DNA from: Rebecca billardiae RCC1528
Lineage: Eukaryota > Protista > Haptophyta
Assembly (NCBI GenBank): GCA_965240325.2
Contig: OZ251246.1
Span: forward strand, 310,001-374,000
Direction of reading: 5' to 3'
DNA: 64,000 nt
Shown here: positions 45,992 to 57,665 of the stretch, one piece after another
Layout: every line of letters starts with the position of its first letter
Position numbering within the stretch: position 1 is the stretch's first letter
The notes under the pieces: generated by a model
Told to the model about the DNA's origin: nothing
The model's input: only the letters and a program-made list of their open reading frames with translations
Databases searched by the model: none
Made by a program: the position numbers and the translations under genes

Positions 45992-47698
45992 ATGGGTGGG
46001 GACGTGAGCGACGACGAGCGCTTCACGCCGCGTGCGGCGTCGGTGCTGTACTTCTTCCTCTTCCTCAACTTCGCGGCGCAGGGGCGCTTCTCCTCCCTGT
46101 TCTTCTCCGAGCTTGGTCTGTCCAACGCGCAGGTCGGGCTCGTGCTGGCGGCGGGCTCGACGGTCGACCTGCCGGCGCGCGCGGCGGTCGCGAGCCTCTT
46201 CGACCGGTTCGACTCACCGCTGGTCGCCGCGCGGACGGTGCTCGTCGCCAGCGCGGTGGGCTCGTCCCTCTGCGTGCTCGCGTACGGCGCCGGCCGCGTC
46301 CAGCCGATCCCGTTTTGGTGGGCGTTGTGCGTTCGCTGCTTTTTCTGCGCCTGCCAGGCGCCCGCGTACTCGTGCACGTCGGCGCTCGCGATGCGCTGCC
46401 TGCCGGACAAGCGCGAGTGGGGGCGCACGCGGCTGTGGGGCGCGGTCTCCTGGGGGCTCTTCAGCGCGGCGGCGCTCGGGCCGTCAATTGACCGCTGGGG
46501 TGCGGCGCGCGCGCTCACGGTCGCCAGCTGTGGCAGCGGTGCCGCGCTCGTCGCCGCCGCGCTGCTGACGCTGCGCGCGCCACGGCGACGGCGGGCCCGC
46601 GCCGGGCCGGATGGCGGCGGGGAGGCGGGGCTGCACCCGGCCAAGGAGCACGGCGGCGAGCGGCGCGCGGCGCGCTGCGCCGCGCCGCGCGCGGCGCGGC
46701 GCGCGCTCGCGCGCCTCCTGCGCGCGCCGCCGCCCGCTGCTGCCGCCGCCCCGGACGGCGCCGCCGGCGCCGAGCCGGCGCGGCCGCGCGGCTCGTGCGC
46801 GCCGACCGCCCGCCTGCTCTCCGCCGACGGCGCCGCGTCGCGCTCCTTCTTCAGCCTCGCGTGCATCTTCGGCGCATGCACGTCCTTGGTGGAGGGTCTC
46901 GTCTTTTTGTACTGGGCGCAGGAGCTGGGCGCGAGCAGCACGCTGTGCGGCATCTCGGTGCTGGTGACGGTGTCGTTCGAGGTGCCGCTCTTCGTCGCCT
47001 CGCGCTGGCTGGTCTCCACCTTCTCGCCGCGCGCGCTGCTCGGCGGCGCGTGCGTCGCGTACACAACTCGAGTCCTGTGGTACGCCGCAGCGGGCGAGGG
47101 CAAGGGCTGGACGGTGCTACTGGTGGAGCCGTTACACGGCGTAACGTACTCGCTGGGCGCGCTGGGCAGCGTGCACTACGCCGCGAGCCTCGCGCGCGAC
47201 GGCGAGCACGCGCGCGCGCAGGCGCTCACCGACAACCTGCGCGCGCTCGGCGGCATTGGCGCGACGCTCGGCGGCGGGTTCGTCATGCAGACGGCCGGAC
47301 CGCGCGCGCTCTACTCGTCGAGCGCGCTGCTGATGGCGTGCGCGCTCGGCGCGTACCTGTGCGCGACGTCGGCGCGGGACTCGCGCGCGCGGCGCGTGTG
47401 CGAGGCGCCGCCCGCGCCCGTCGCGCCCGACGCCGACCAGCCCGCGCCGCCAGTGGACGCTGCGGAGGAGCCCGCGTGCGACCGGGCTGCGGACGCGGAG
47501 GGCGCGAAGACCGCGCTTCGGTCGGCCGACGCCGCCGCGGAGGCGCACGCGCGGCAGCGGCTCGGCGGCGCTGCCGACGAGGCGGGCGCGGCGGAGGGCC
47601 TCTCCGAGCTCGAGCTCGCGACGCACCACAACGGCGGCGCGCACGGGGCAGCCGGCGCGCTCGCCGCCGACGGCTCGGCCGACGAGGCCACCGCGTGA
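45992..47698 (+). CDS. MFS transporter, MFSD6-like
   Basis: ATG at 45992. LGLSNAQVGLV, WGRTRLWGAVSWG, ELGASSTLCG..VSFEVPLF and VEPLHGVTYSL; about 12 TM segments. Confidence 0.85.
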   Translation: MGGDVSDDERFTPRAASVLYFFLFLNFAAQGRFSSLFFSELGLSNAQVGLVLAAGSTVDLPARAAVASLFDRFDSPLVAARTVLVASAVGSSLCVLAYGAGRVQPIPFWWALCVRCFFCACQAPAYSCTSALAMRCLPDKREWGRTRLWGAVSWGLFSAAALGPSIDRWGAARALTVASCGSGAALVAAALLTLRAPRRRRARAGPDGGGEAGLHPAKEHGGERRAARCAAPRAARRALARLLRAPPPAAAAAPDGAAGAEPARPRGSCAPTARLLSADGAASRSFFSLACIFGACTSLVEGLVFLYWAQELGASSTLCGISVLVTVSFEVPLFVASRWLVSTFSPRALLGGACVAYTTRVLWYAAAGEGKGWTVLLVEPLHGVTYSLGALGSVHYAASLARDGEHARAQALTDNLRALGGIGATLGGGFVMQTAGPRALYSSSALLMACALGAYLCATSARDSRARRVCEAPPAPVAPDADQPAPPVDAAEEPACDRAADAEGAKTALRSADAAAEAHARQRLGGAADEAGAAEGLSELELATHHNGGAHGAAGALAADGSADEATA

Positions 47699-48047
47699 GC
47701 CGTGGCCGACGCCGACGACGGGGGCGTAGCGGCGGCGCCGATCACCGATGCGGCGCGTCGCAGCCGCTCGAGAGCGGCTGCACCGCCGCGTACGTGCCAG
47801 CTGCACCGCCGCGTGCGTGCCACAAGGGCGCGGCCTGCGTGCATGCCTAGTCCTGCCCACCCTTTGTTTGGCTTTGTGCAGGTGTGAGCGGGCAGCCATC
47901 GTGCGGGCGGCCCGTACTGTATTCATCAGGCTCCCGTGTCCACCGGTCCGGTAGATCGGACTTTTCAAGGCGGCACCATTCAGCGGGTAGGCTACCTCCC
48001 ACGCCGCGCGCGTCGAGCGCCGTAGGCCGCCATCGCCTCGCCCTGCG

Positions 48048-51000
48048 ATGGCGACGTCGGCCGAGGGCCGCGAGTTCCTGCACGCCGTGCGGAACGATGA
48101 TGTCGATGCCGCCAAGCTCATCCTGCGCCTGCACGGCGAGCAGCTGCTCCACCCTGCCGGCAGCGGCGGCGCGGCGCTTCGTGCGGCCGCCAAGCGCGGC
48201 TCCACCCTCATGGTCGCCTTCCTGCTGTCCGCGGGCATCCCGGCCGACGTGGAGGACACGGACGGGCGCAGCGCGGCCGAAATAGCACGCGCCGCCGGCC
48301 ACGCCCAGGTCGCCGACATCCTCGACGCCTGCCGGCCCAGCCCCGGTGACGCGCGCAACGGCGCTGGGCGCGCGGAGCGCTCGCGTTCGCTCGCGGCTGA
48401 CGGGGTACACGACGAGTTTGTGGGCCGCTCGCCTGCGGCGTACACGCGCTCGCTACCCACCGAGCGCTCGTACGCGCGCACGCCGCCCCCTTCGACGCGC
48501 CCGTTCCACGTCGCCGCGTCGCCGGCCAGGCAAGTCGCGCTGAGCGCGCGCAGCGCTTCGCGCGGCGGCGGCGCCAGCGCGCGCGGGCTGACGCCAATCG
48601 ACGCGTACCGCTCGCAGCAGCGCCATCGGCAGGTGTGTGTGCACGCCTCGTCGCACGCGCGCGAGCCCGCGAGCGCCTCGTCGTCGCGCCGGCCCGGGCG
48701 GTTTGGGCACGGCCTGCATGGCGCCTGCGCCTCCGTCGCCGCCACCGCCACCAGCACTCGCTCGCGCTGGCCGGCGCGTGCCTGGACGGCGCGCGCGTGC
48801 CTCGGGCGGCGCGCTCACCCCGGCGCGCGCGCGCGCGCGCGCGCCCCGCCGCGCCGCGCGCGCAGGTGCAGCGGGAGCGCCTCGTCGCGCACACGCAGCG
48901 CGCGATGGAATCTGAGCTCACGAGATTGCGCGAGGCGACCGCCGAGTTTCGGCGCTTGAGAGAAGCGGTGGGCGGCACGTCCGGCGGTGGCGGCTCGCGG
49001 CCGCGGCCGCGGCTCTCGAGCACGCCGTCCTCCGCGCGCCGCGAGCGCGCGCAGACGTACACGCCGCCGGGCTCGGCCAGCGCGAGCTACGCGGAGCCGC
49101 GCGCCGGAGACTTCTCGGAAACTTCCGCGGACGCCGCGGCGGTGCGCCGCGGACGCTCGAGCTCGACGAACGTTGCGGAGGAGGTGCGCGCGCTGCGCGC
49201 GCAGTCCGAGCGGCTGCTGCACGAGAGGCGAAAGCTCGCGGACGGCGGGCTGAGCACGGCGTACGCGCCGCCGCCGCCGCCGAGCGAGGGCGAGACCGCT
49301 CGGCGAGCCGAGGTGCCGCCCGGGGCGCGCGCCGGAGACTTCTCGGAAACTTCCGGTGAGGCCACGCTCCCGGCTGGCTCGCACCCGCCGGCCGGGCTGC
49401 CGGCGCCGCGTCCGGCGCCGGGCGCGGCGCGCGCCGGGGCAGGCGGGGGCATGCAGATCTCCCTCGAGCTCGCCGCGTCCGCGGCGGCAGCCTCGGCATC
49501 CGCAGCCATGGCGGCGGCGGCGGTTCGGGGCGAGCAGCCGTCAGCGGCCGCGCTCGCGCCGCCGCCGCCGCCGCCGCCGCGGCCGGACTCGCAGGGCGGT
49601 GCGCCCGCATCCGCCGCCACGCAGTCTGGCGGCGCGGCGCAGCCGCCGGCGAAGCGCGAGCGGCCGTACTCGGCTCGGCCGCAGTCCCGCGCCGCACGCC
49701 TCGCCGCCGCGCTCGCCGCCAGCGACGCAGCCGGCACCCCGCCGCAGCAGCACGGCGGCGCGGGCGCCGACGGCGGCGCTCGCGGGCAAGCGGCGGCGGC
49801 GGAGGCGCTCGCCGCCGCGAGCGAAGCTCGCACCGCCGCGGCGCAGGCAGGCGTCCTGCCCAGCATGTCCGGGCGGCCTGCCGCGGCGGCGGACGCGCCA
49901 ATGGTCGTGCCAGCCGCGGCGCTCGAGCCGTGGCACTCACCCGTGGACAGGCGTCCGAGCGCTGACGCGCGCGCCGCCGCGCAGGCCACCGAGCCGCACG
50001 CGCCGCACGCCCAGCTGTCGGCAGCGGCGGTGGCGGGTGCGCGCGCCGCCGGCGTCGACGGCGCCGCGGACGGCGACGCCCCGCAAGTGGACGACGAGGA
50101 CTTGGCCGCGGGCGGCGGCGCGGCGGCCGCGGACGACGAGTACCAGGCGCTCTTCGACTCGACCGCCGACGAGGACGAGCTCCTCGACTCGCACGACGAT
50201 TCGACGTCGATCTCGCTCTCGGCCGAATCTGCTTCGTACGATGGCGGCGGCGGCGGCGGCGGCGCGGCCGCCGTCGCGGCCGGTGGCGGCCGGGGCGCCG
50301 CGACGCAGTCGCCGCCGCCGCCGCCGCCGCGAGCCGACGCGCCGGATGCGGGCCTCGGCGTCACCACGGCCACGACGCGGCCGGCGTCCATCAGCCGAGC
50401 CACGGCCGCCTCCGGAAGCCTCCGAGAAGCCTCCGCCTCCGCCTCCGCCGCGGCCGCGTCCGCGCGGCACGCGCTGCGCGCCGGCGGCGGCAACGGCGGC
50501 AACGGCGTCTCCGCTGACTTGCCCACCAAGCTCGGTGGCGGCGGCGGTGCGTATGCCGAGGGTGCGGAAGAGGGCGACGGGTTCGAGGAGGAGGAGGAGG
50601 AGGAGGAGGAGGAGGGCGACGGCGCCGCCGCTCTTGACGCTGTGATGCGCCAGCGACAGACGCGCGCCGCCGCCGACGGTGCCGCCGCCGCACCCACCAA
50701 CGGTGTGTTGAGTCTCGGCGCACACCGGGCGCGAGAGTACGCCGCGGGCGTGGGCGCGGGCGGCGCGGCCGCGGCGTACGGGCTTGCCGACGCCGGCGAG
50801 CACGGCGCCGCCGCCGACGCGGACGCGGACGCGGAGGACGGCCTGGCAGAGGCGAGTGACGGCGCGCTGACGCTCGGCTTGCCGCAGCTGCTCTCCGCGG
50901 TGGGCGGCGGCGCGCGCGCGGGCGCGGCGCAGCCCTCAGGCGCGGAGCCGGCGGGCGGGCGGCAGGGCGCGCGCAAGCGCCGAGCGGAGGGCAGCGAGAT

Positions 51001-51138
51001 GCAATCTCGCGCCGAGCTCACGGACTCGGCCGCGTCGGTCGCGCGCACCGGCTGCGGCATGGTGCCGCCGGCGGCGGCGGCGGCGGGCGCGGGCGGCGCG
51101 CAGTCGGACGTTGCTATGCGCGACACACAGCGCGACGA

Positions 51139-51175
<37 letters not shown>

Positions 51176-54100
51176 GCGGCTCCGGACGAGGAGGAGGAGG
51201 ACGAGTCGGCCGCGTCGGAGTCGGCCGCCGCCGCGCCGCCGCCGCCGGCCGACCCTCTCGCCTCGCTCGAGCTCAAGCCAGCGCAGCGCGTGCTGCTCGA
51301 GAGCTGCCGGGTGCTCGAAGGGTCCGCCGAGCCGATCGTGAGCGTGTGCTTTGCGCCCGAGCGCGGCAGCCTGCGCGAGATCGCATCTCCCGCCGAGATC
51401 GAATCTGGGCAGCTGTACCCGCGCACGCTGTGCCTGCGAGCGGACTGGCCGAGGCCGGCGACGGCCGCGGCGGGCGCGGTCGCCGCCGTCGCCGGCGCGG
51501 CGCCCGCGCCCACGCCGCCGCAGCTCATGCTGGTACACGGCGCGAACGCCGACGGCGCCGACGGCGGCGCGGTGCGAATCGGCCGCGGCGCCGACTGCGC
51601 GCTGCGGCTCGCAGACGAGCGCGTGTCTTCGACCCACTTCGCCGTCGTCCCGCGGCGCGCCGCGGCGGTCGGCGGCGGCGCGGGCGCGGACGGCTCGCTC
51701 TGCCGCTGGGCGATCCGCGACGAGGGGAGCTCCAACGGTGCGCGCGAGATTGCATCTCGGCGCCCTCCGCGCGGCGCGAGATTGCATCTCGGCGCCCTCC
51801 GCGCGGCGCGAGATTGCATCTCGGCGCCGGCCCTCTGCGCTGCTGCTGGCGCCGTGTGGGCGCGCCGCGCCGCCCGGCGCGAGGCCTGGCACACGACCCT
51901 AACCCTCACCCTGACACGCGACGCGCCACCACCGCACACGCCGCGCGCCGCCGCCGCCGCCGCGCCCCCGCGCCGCCGCCGCCGCCGCGCCCCCGCGCCG
52001 CCGCCGCCGCCGCGCCCCCGCGCCACGCCCGCGCGCAGGCTCTGTGCTGTGCCTTCAAGGCGCGGAGGCGCCGGCCGCGCCGCTGTGCGCTGGCGACCAG
52101 CTCATCCTGGGCTCCTCGCGGCTGATGGTCTCGTTCATCATGCAAGCTGACGAGGCGGGCGAGGGCGGCGGCGAGGAGGGCGGCGGCGGCCTCGACGCCG
52201 CCGGCAGCCTGGGCTCTCGGCTGCTCGTTCTGTCCCTCCTCCCAACCGACGAGTGGAGCGCAATGCAATGGCGGCTTGACGCGGCTCGGACGCCGGTCGT
52301 GACCGTCGGCCGCGCGGCGCACAACTCCGTCGTGCTGCCGGACCGCTCCGTTTCGTCGGAGCACGCGCTGCTCGTCTTTGACTCCGCCAACCCTAACCCT
52401 AACCCTAACCCCAACCACCCTAACCCTAACGCCGCCAACGCCGCTGCCAGCGCCGCCAGCGCCGCCAACGCCGCCGCGCGCGGCTCGGCGGCCTGGCCGC
52501 GCCGCGCGCTCGGCTGGTGGGCGCGCGACCGCGGCTCATCCAACGGCACGTACCTGAGGCTCTCGGTGCCCAAGAGCGCCTCGCGCCCGTTCGCGCTCAC
52601 GCCCGGCCACCGGCTGTGCGCGGGGAGCTGCACAATCTCGGTGTCGAGATTCGCGTGCGGCGTCGCCTCCGCGTGCGGACGCCGGCCGACGATGGAGGTG
52701 CGCGCGCGCGCGTGCGCGTGCGCGCGGCCCCGTGCGCGCGTGCGCGCGGCCCCGTGCGCGCGTGCGCGCTGCCGCGCGTGCGCTGCTGCCGCGCGTGCGC
52801 TGCTGCCGCGTGCACCCGGGCCACCCACCAGTCTTCGCAGCAATAATACGTGCTTTGATTTTCCGTGCGCTTTTCCCGGCCGCTTTGTGTGTCTGCCTAA
52901 CCCTAATCCCCTAACCCTAACCCCTAACCCTACCCCCCTGACCCCGCCCGCAGGACGCGCACTGCATTGTCGACAATCTGCCGCTCTCAGCGCTCGACGG
53001 CGCGGCGGGCGGCGCGCCCGACGCGCCCCCCGCCGCCGGCGTCTTGAACGGGCCGCCGGCCGCCGCCGGCGCCGCGGGCGTGAGCACCGTCGTCGACGAC
53101 GGGTGGCGGGCTTCGCTGTTCGGCGTGTATGATGGGCACTCGGGCTCCAAGGCGGCGCACTTCCTCCGCGCGCGGCTCGCGGCGGCGGTGAGCGCGCAGC
53201 TGCGCGCGCGCGCCGCCGCACCCGCACAAGCCGCCGCCGGCGCCTCCGCGCCGCTCGTCGCGAGCCTCGACCTGAGCTCCGCGCGCGCCGCGCTCGAGCG
53301 CGCGTTTGCGATGACCGACGACGAGCTGCTCAGCCGCGGCGCGGAGGGCGACGCCGGCTCGTGCGCGGCGGTGGCGCTGGTGAGCGAGGGGCACGTGCTC
53401 ACGGCGCACGTCGGCGACTGCCGTGTCGTGCTCTGGCGCCACGGCGTCGCTGTGCCCCTGACCTCCGACCACCGCGCCGGCGCGCCTGTCGAGCGCGCGC
53501 GCGTCGAGCGCGCCGGCGGCTTTGTCGCTTACGGTCGCGTGCTGGGGCAGCTGGCTGTCTCGCGCTCGTTCGGCGACCGCGCGTTCAAGGACCTCGACGT
53601 GAGCGGCGGCGTCGGCGGGACGCCGCGGATGTCGCGGCTCGTCTCCGCCGAGCCGGACGTCTCGTGCGTGCGCTGGCAGAAGGGAGACTACCTGCTGCTC
53701 GCGTGCGACGGCGTATGGGACGTCATGACGGACCAGGAGGTGCGTCCAACTCACGCCTCGCGTCTCCACGCGCCAACGTCTTTGCGTGCTGCGTGTTGTT
53801 GCGTGTCGATGTTGCGTGGTGTTGGGGTGCTGCGCCGCACACCGCCGCCGCGCGACCGCTGTCTGTTGCACACCGTCTGCGCACAGCGCCATCACACCGC
53901 GCGCGCGCGCGCGAGCGGCTGGTGGTGCGCACGAAGCCGGGAAGGGAGGAGAGAGCTCGCGACGGCACGCGCACGCACGCACACGCACACACACGCGCAC
54001 ACACGCGCACACACGCGCACACGCACACACACGCGCGCGCACACACACACGCACAAACACGCACACACACGCGCACACACACGCGCACACACGCCGAAGA

Positions 54101-54394
54101 TGGCGCCGGCGGCTCTTCGGTGCCGGCACTGCAGGCTGGGCCGACCCGCCGGGCAGCTGCGCCCGCTGCGTGCCCGCCCGCGCACGCGGCCGGCCGCCCC
54201 CCCCTGACCTGGCCCGCGCCCGCGGCCTCGCTGCTCGTGCGCCCTTGCGCACGCAGGCGACGGACGCGCTGGTCGAAGCGCACATGGCGACGGGCAACAT
54301 GCAGCTGGCCGTCGAGCAGCTCGTGCACTCGGTGGAGCACGACCGAAAGTCGAACGACAACATCACGGCCATCGGCGTGCGGCTGGACGACTGA
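48048..54394 (+). CDS. Ankyrin - low complexity - FHA - FHA - PP2C protein phosphatase; exons 48048-48632, 48866-51737, 52039-52697, 52954-53739, 54257-54394
   Basis: N-terminal ankyrin repeats. FHA motifs IGR..DERVSSTH..DEGSSNG and VGR..DRSVSSEH..DRGSSNGT. PP2C motifs GRRPTME|DAH, FGVYDGHSG, AHVGDCR, LAVSRSFGD, LACDGVWD and DNIT. Four GT-AG introns restore the frame. Confidence 0.88.
52389..52430. repeat. Interstitial telomere-like (CCCTAA)n in an exon, read as poly-NP
   Basis: Direct reading; a second array lies at 52896-52932 in the intron. Confidence 0.8.
53965..54092. repeat. (CA/CG)n purine-pyrimidine microsatellite in intron
   Basis: Direct reading. Confidence 0.9.
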
Positions 54395-54768
54395 GAGAGC
54401 CGCGCTGGCGCCTGGGTTGCGCCGACGATGATGTCGTCATACTCGTCGTTGTAGTTATTTCAATCGCGACTAGTCGACGTTGACGGTTGAAGGCTCAGAA
54501 GCAAAGGAACTGCATATATCGTCTGAACACCGTTGACGAATCATGATGACAATGTCGATGATGATTGTGGCGATCTGCGTACTTCCGTGCTTGTAACAAG
54601 TTCCTCTCGCTGCTGAAAGAACTCATCATCATCCGGACGCCTCATATGTGTTCGCCCGGACCGCGCTCACAACGGGTGGCAAACGAGCAGCCTGCAGCCG
54701 AACACGGCGCCGACTTCAGTCGGCAGTCGTCCAGCCGCCGCCCCCGCGTGTCGTCCGCGGGCAGCAGC

Positions 54769-56127
54769 ATGCTCTTCGCGGACAAGCAGGCGCTGGAGCG
54801 CCAGCTGGAGGTGGACCTGCTCAACATCCGGCAGCGCGAGCTCGACCACTACGTCCACTGCTGCCTGACCCTCTCCGCGCCCGCGGCGCTGATCGCGGGC
54901 TTCGCTTACACCGGCCTCTCCTCGGAGATCCCCGAGGCTGATGCGAACCTTCCGCACTTTTGGATCGCCGAGGGGCTGTACTACGTGTCCGCGCTCGCGG
55001 CGATGGTGTTCGAGGTGGCCGCGGTGGTCAAGGCGACGCTCATCGCCCTGCTCGGCCCGCACCTCGCGCTGCGCGGGCCGCCCGGCTCGGTGGCGCGCGC
55101 GGTCGAGCAGATGGAACCGGCGTATATGCGAGCGCTCAAGTACTTCTGGTGCGGCCTCTTCTGCTTCCACATCTCGGCGGCGCTGACGGTGTGGCTGCGT
55201 GCGGAGCTCACGCTTGCGTTCACCATGGCCCTGCTCATCCTCGCCACCACCACCGTCATCGGCGCGGACATCCGGCTCACGCTGAGCGCCTTTCACCTGC
55301 CCAGCGGCCAGGCGGTCACCGGTGGGTTCGACTTCACGCCGGACCGGTCCGGGCGCAAGCTGGGCGTGCTTCGGCAGCCGTCGACGCTCACCTCGCGCTC
55401 GCTCATCGCGCGCATGCAGTCGCCGAGCCGTGCACGCACCATCAATGCCGCCGCCAAGGCGCGCGCGCGCTCGCCCCCAGGAAGCGAGCGCTCGCGACGA
55501 GCGCGCAAGGCGACGGCTGCGCCCAGCGGGTTCAGCGCGCCCTTCTTCATGCGCGGGGCGACGGGGTACCCGCGCGGGGGGCTCGTGCCGCGCCCAGCTG
55601 CCGGCGGCGGCAGCGAGCGCCCCGCCGCCGCACCGTGGGCCGTACCCGGGGACGGGCGCAGCGCGCAGCAGCCTGCAGCCGCACGGGCGCGCGCCGCTGC
55701 CGCCAGCTGCGAGTACGACCTGGCCACCGCCGCCGGCAGGCCGCAGGCTGGGCCCGCAGGGTCCAGCGGCCACGCCGCGCCGCCCGGCGCATCGCGCATT
55801 GGCAAGGCTCTGCCTGACGCCGCACCCGACGCCACGGCTGCCGCTGCGCTTGGCTGCCCTGCCTGCGCTGTGCACGCCTCGTGCTCATCGTCATTCTCGG
55901 CTGTGGCCGCCAAGCCGCCTCCGCGCGGCCTGATGACGCGCACCGTGCACACGGCAGCTGCAGGAGTGGAGCGCGAGCCGCGGCCTCTGCACGCTGTCCC
56001 CACGCCAGGCTTGCCGCCCGCGACAAGATGGGATTGCGAAACGGCGAGGCCGTCGGCCTGCTCTCAGCCTCAGCAGATGACATCGGCGGATGCCGCCGGC
56101 ATCAGCAGCAGGCGCGGACGGGTCTGA
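54769..56127 (+). CDS. Orai-like four-TM membrane protein with long disordered C-tail
   Basis: ATG at 54769. TM1 LSAPAALIAGFAYTGLSSE resembles Orai SALLSGFAMVAMVE. LALRGPPGSVARAV loop; four hydrophobic segments. Confidence 0.6.
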   Translation: MLFADKQALERQLEVDLLNIRQRELDHYVHCCLTLSAPAALIAGFAYTGLSSEIPEADANLPHFWIAEGLYYVSALAAMVFEVAAVVKATLIALLGPHLALRGPPGSVARAVEQMEPAYMRALKYFWCGLFCFHISAALTVWLRAELTLAFTMALLILATTTVIGADIRLTLSAFHLPSGQAVTGGFDFTPDRSGRKLGVLRQPSTLTSRSLIARMQSPSRARTINAAAKARARSPPGSERSRRARKATAAPSGFSAPFFMRGATGYPRGGLVPRPAAGGGSERPAAAPWAVPGDGRSAQQPAAARARAAAASCEYDLATAAGRPQAGPAGSSGHAAPPGASRIGKALPDAAPDATAAAALGCPACAVHASCSSSFSAVAAKPPPRGLMTRTVHTAAAGVEREPRPLHAVPTPGLPPATRWDCETARPSACSQPQQMTSADAAGISSRRGRV

Positions 56128-56562
56128 ACTCTGGGATAGTACGCTGATGACCACTGCTGCTGAACTCTGGATGACCACTGCTGAACTATAACTCTGGGAT
56201 GGTACTACTCTGATGATGACGACCAGCAGCAACTCGCTATATAGTCGTATATACTACTGAGTTGTCGTCGAATATTGTGTTTCATGAGCGGTCTGTCTGA
56301 TAGTGATACCCGATCATGATCAGTCATCATCGATCGCGCGGGCGCAATTCTAATAATAAAAATATTAAATATAATATAAGCATCAGCAATATAGTTAATC
56401 AAGTTATTATCAAGTGGGCGCGTACTAATGATGCGTATATTAATGCGTGCGTTTACTGATGGTATGTAAATAGTGTATGGTCTATCAGCGCCTACTGACA
56501 CTGGTACTCAGTGACCGTACTCTCGGACAGGCCGCGGTCGTAGACGTGTGTAGTCAATGTCG

Positions 56563-56713
56563 GGCGCAGAGGCTCTATGCCTCTGCCCGACCGCGTGCGC
56601 CATCGCCGTGTGCACTTCGACGACAGAGGCGGCGCGGCAGCGGGCGGCGCCTCGCGGCGGATGGCTGTCGCGGCGCACGCGGCGCACTACGCGGCAGGCT
56701 TTGAATTTCTCTC
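56563..56713 (-). repeat. Inverted diverged copy of 19913-20052 (MITE fragment)
   Basis: Shared CTATGCCTCTGCCCGACCGCGTGCGCCATCGCCG...GCCTCGCGGCGGATGGCTGT...TTGAATTTCTCTC. Confidence 0.8.
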
Positions 56714-56937
56714 GATCATCATTTTCCGGTGTAGGCCCGGGTTCGATCGACCGCCCGCGGATCAGGGCACCTTGATTCGTCCGGGAATCCGGGATACGGT
56801 ATGCCCGGATACGCATCTGCTTCTCCAACCAGCCCTGCCGCCTCCCCCGCGCGAGATCCGGATGGCAGCCGTGAGCGCATCTCAGTGAAGGTCGTGCATC
56901 TGCTGCTCCCTGCCGCCGCCCCCGTGCGAACAGCAGC

Positions 56938-57339
56938 ATGACGTCGTATTCGATGGACGCACCGGTTACATTCACGCTCACCATCGACAGCGGCGAGCCA
57001 GCCATCAAGGCTTGGCCCGTGGGAACTGCAATCAAGGTGAAAGCGCCACCGACGGCGACGGTGAAGGAGGTCGCCGACAAGGTCGCCGAGGCTGCCGGAG
57101 AGATGCGTTCAACGGACGGTATGCAGACGAGTGTGGGTGGCGGGATGAAAGCCACCATCAAAACCACGACCACGTGCATCGCACAGTCTCTCACACACGA
57201 GGGTGACAAGATCCCGCTCAGCGATGACAAGCCGCTCAGCTCACTTTTCCCGAACAAGACCGAGGTCTCCGACCTGACGCTCGTGACGAAGATGCAGGTA
57301 CAATCGGGTACCACCGGCTGTTTCTGCCAGGTGCAGTAG
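56938..57339 (+). CDS. Small ubiquitin-fold-like protein with C-terminal CxCaaX (MUB-like)
   Basis: 133 aa. TATVKEVADKV helix and LTHEGDKIPLSDDKPLSSL resemble the beta-grasp pattern. Ends GCFCQVQ; no di-Gly. Confidence 0.6.
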   Translation: MTSYSMDAPVTFTLTIDSGEPAIKAWPVGTAIKVKAPPTATVKEVADKVAEAAGEMRSTDGMQTSVGGGMKATIKTTTTCIAQSLTHEGDKIPLSDDKPLSSLFPNKTEVSDLTLVTKMQVQSGTTGCFCQVQ

Positions 57340-57665
57340 CGGAGCCGATGCAGTTTGCTCGATGAGAATGAACGACCCGCAGCGGGAGCCTCAGCACGTG
57401 CAACCAACGGGCGGCGGTGCACCGCGCTGATCGGACTCCACGTAGGCGCCCGGGCGTCTGCACCGCCGCTCGGATCGGCGGACCACGCGCGGACGGGTCA
57501 GCGCGGACCGCGTCTTCGGTCCTGCGGGGCGGCGGGCCCAGAAGGCCGGCGGTACTTGCACTAGCTGCTACATTAGCAGTCCTCCCCCCTCGACTGACTG
57601 TGACGGCGCCGACACGGTACGCTGAACCCGCGGTCGGGGGGCGGCTGCCCAGCATAAACGGACTG

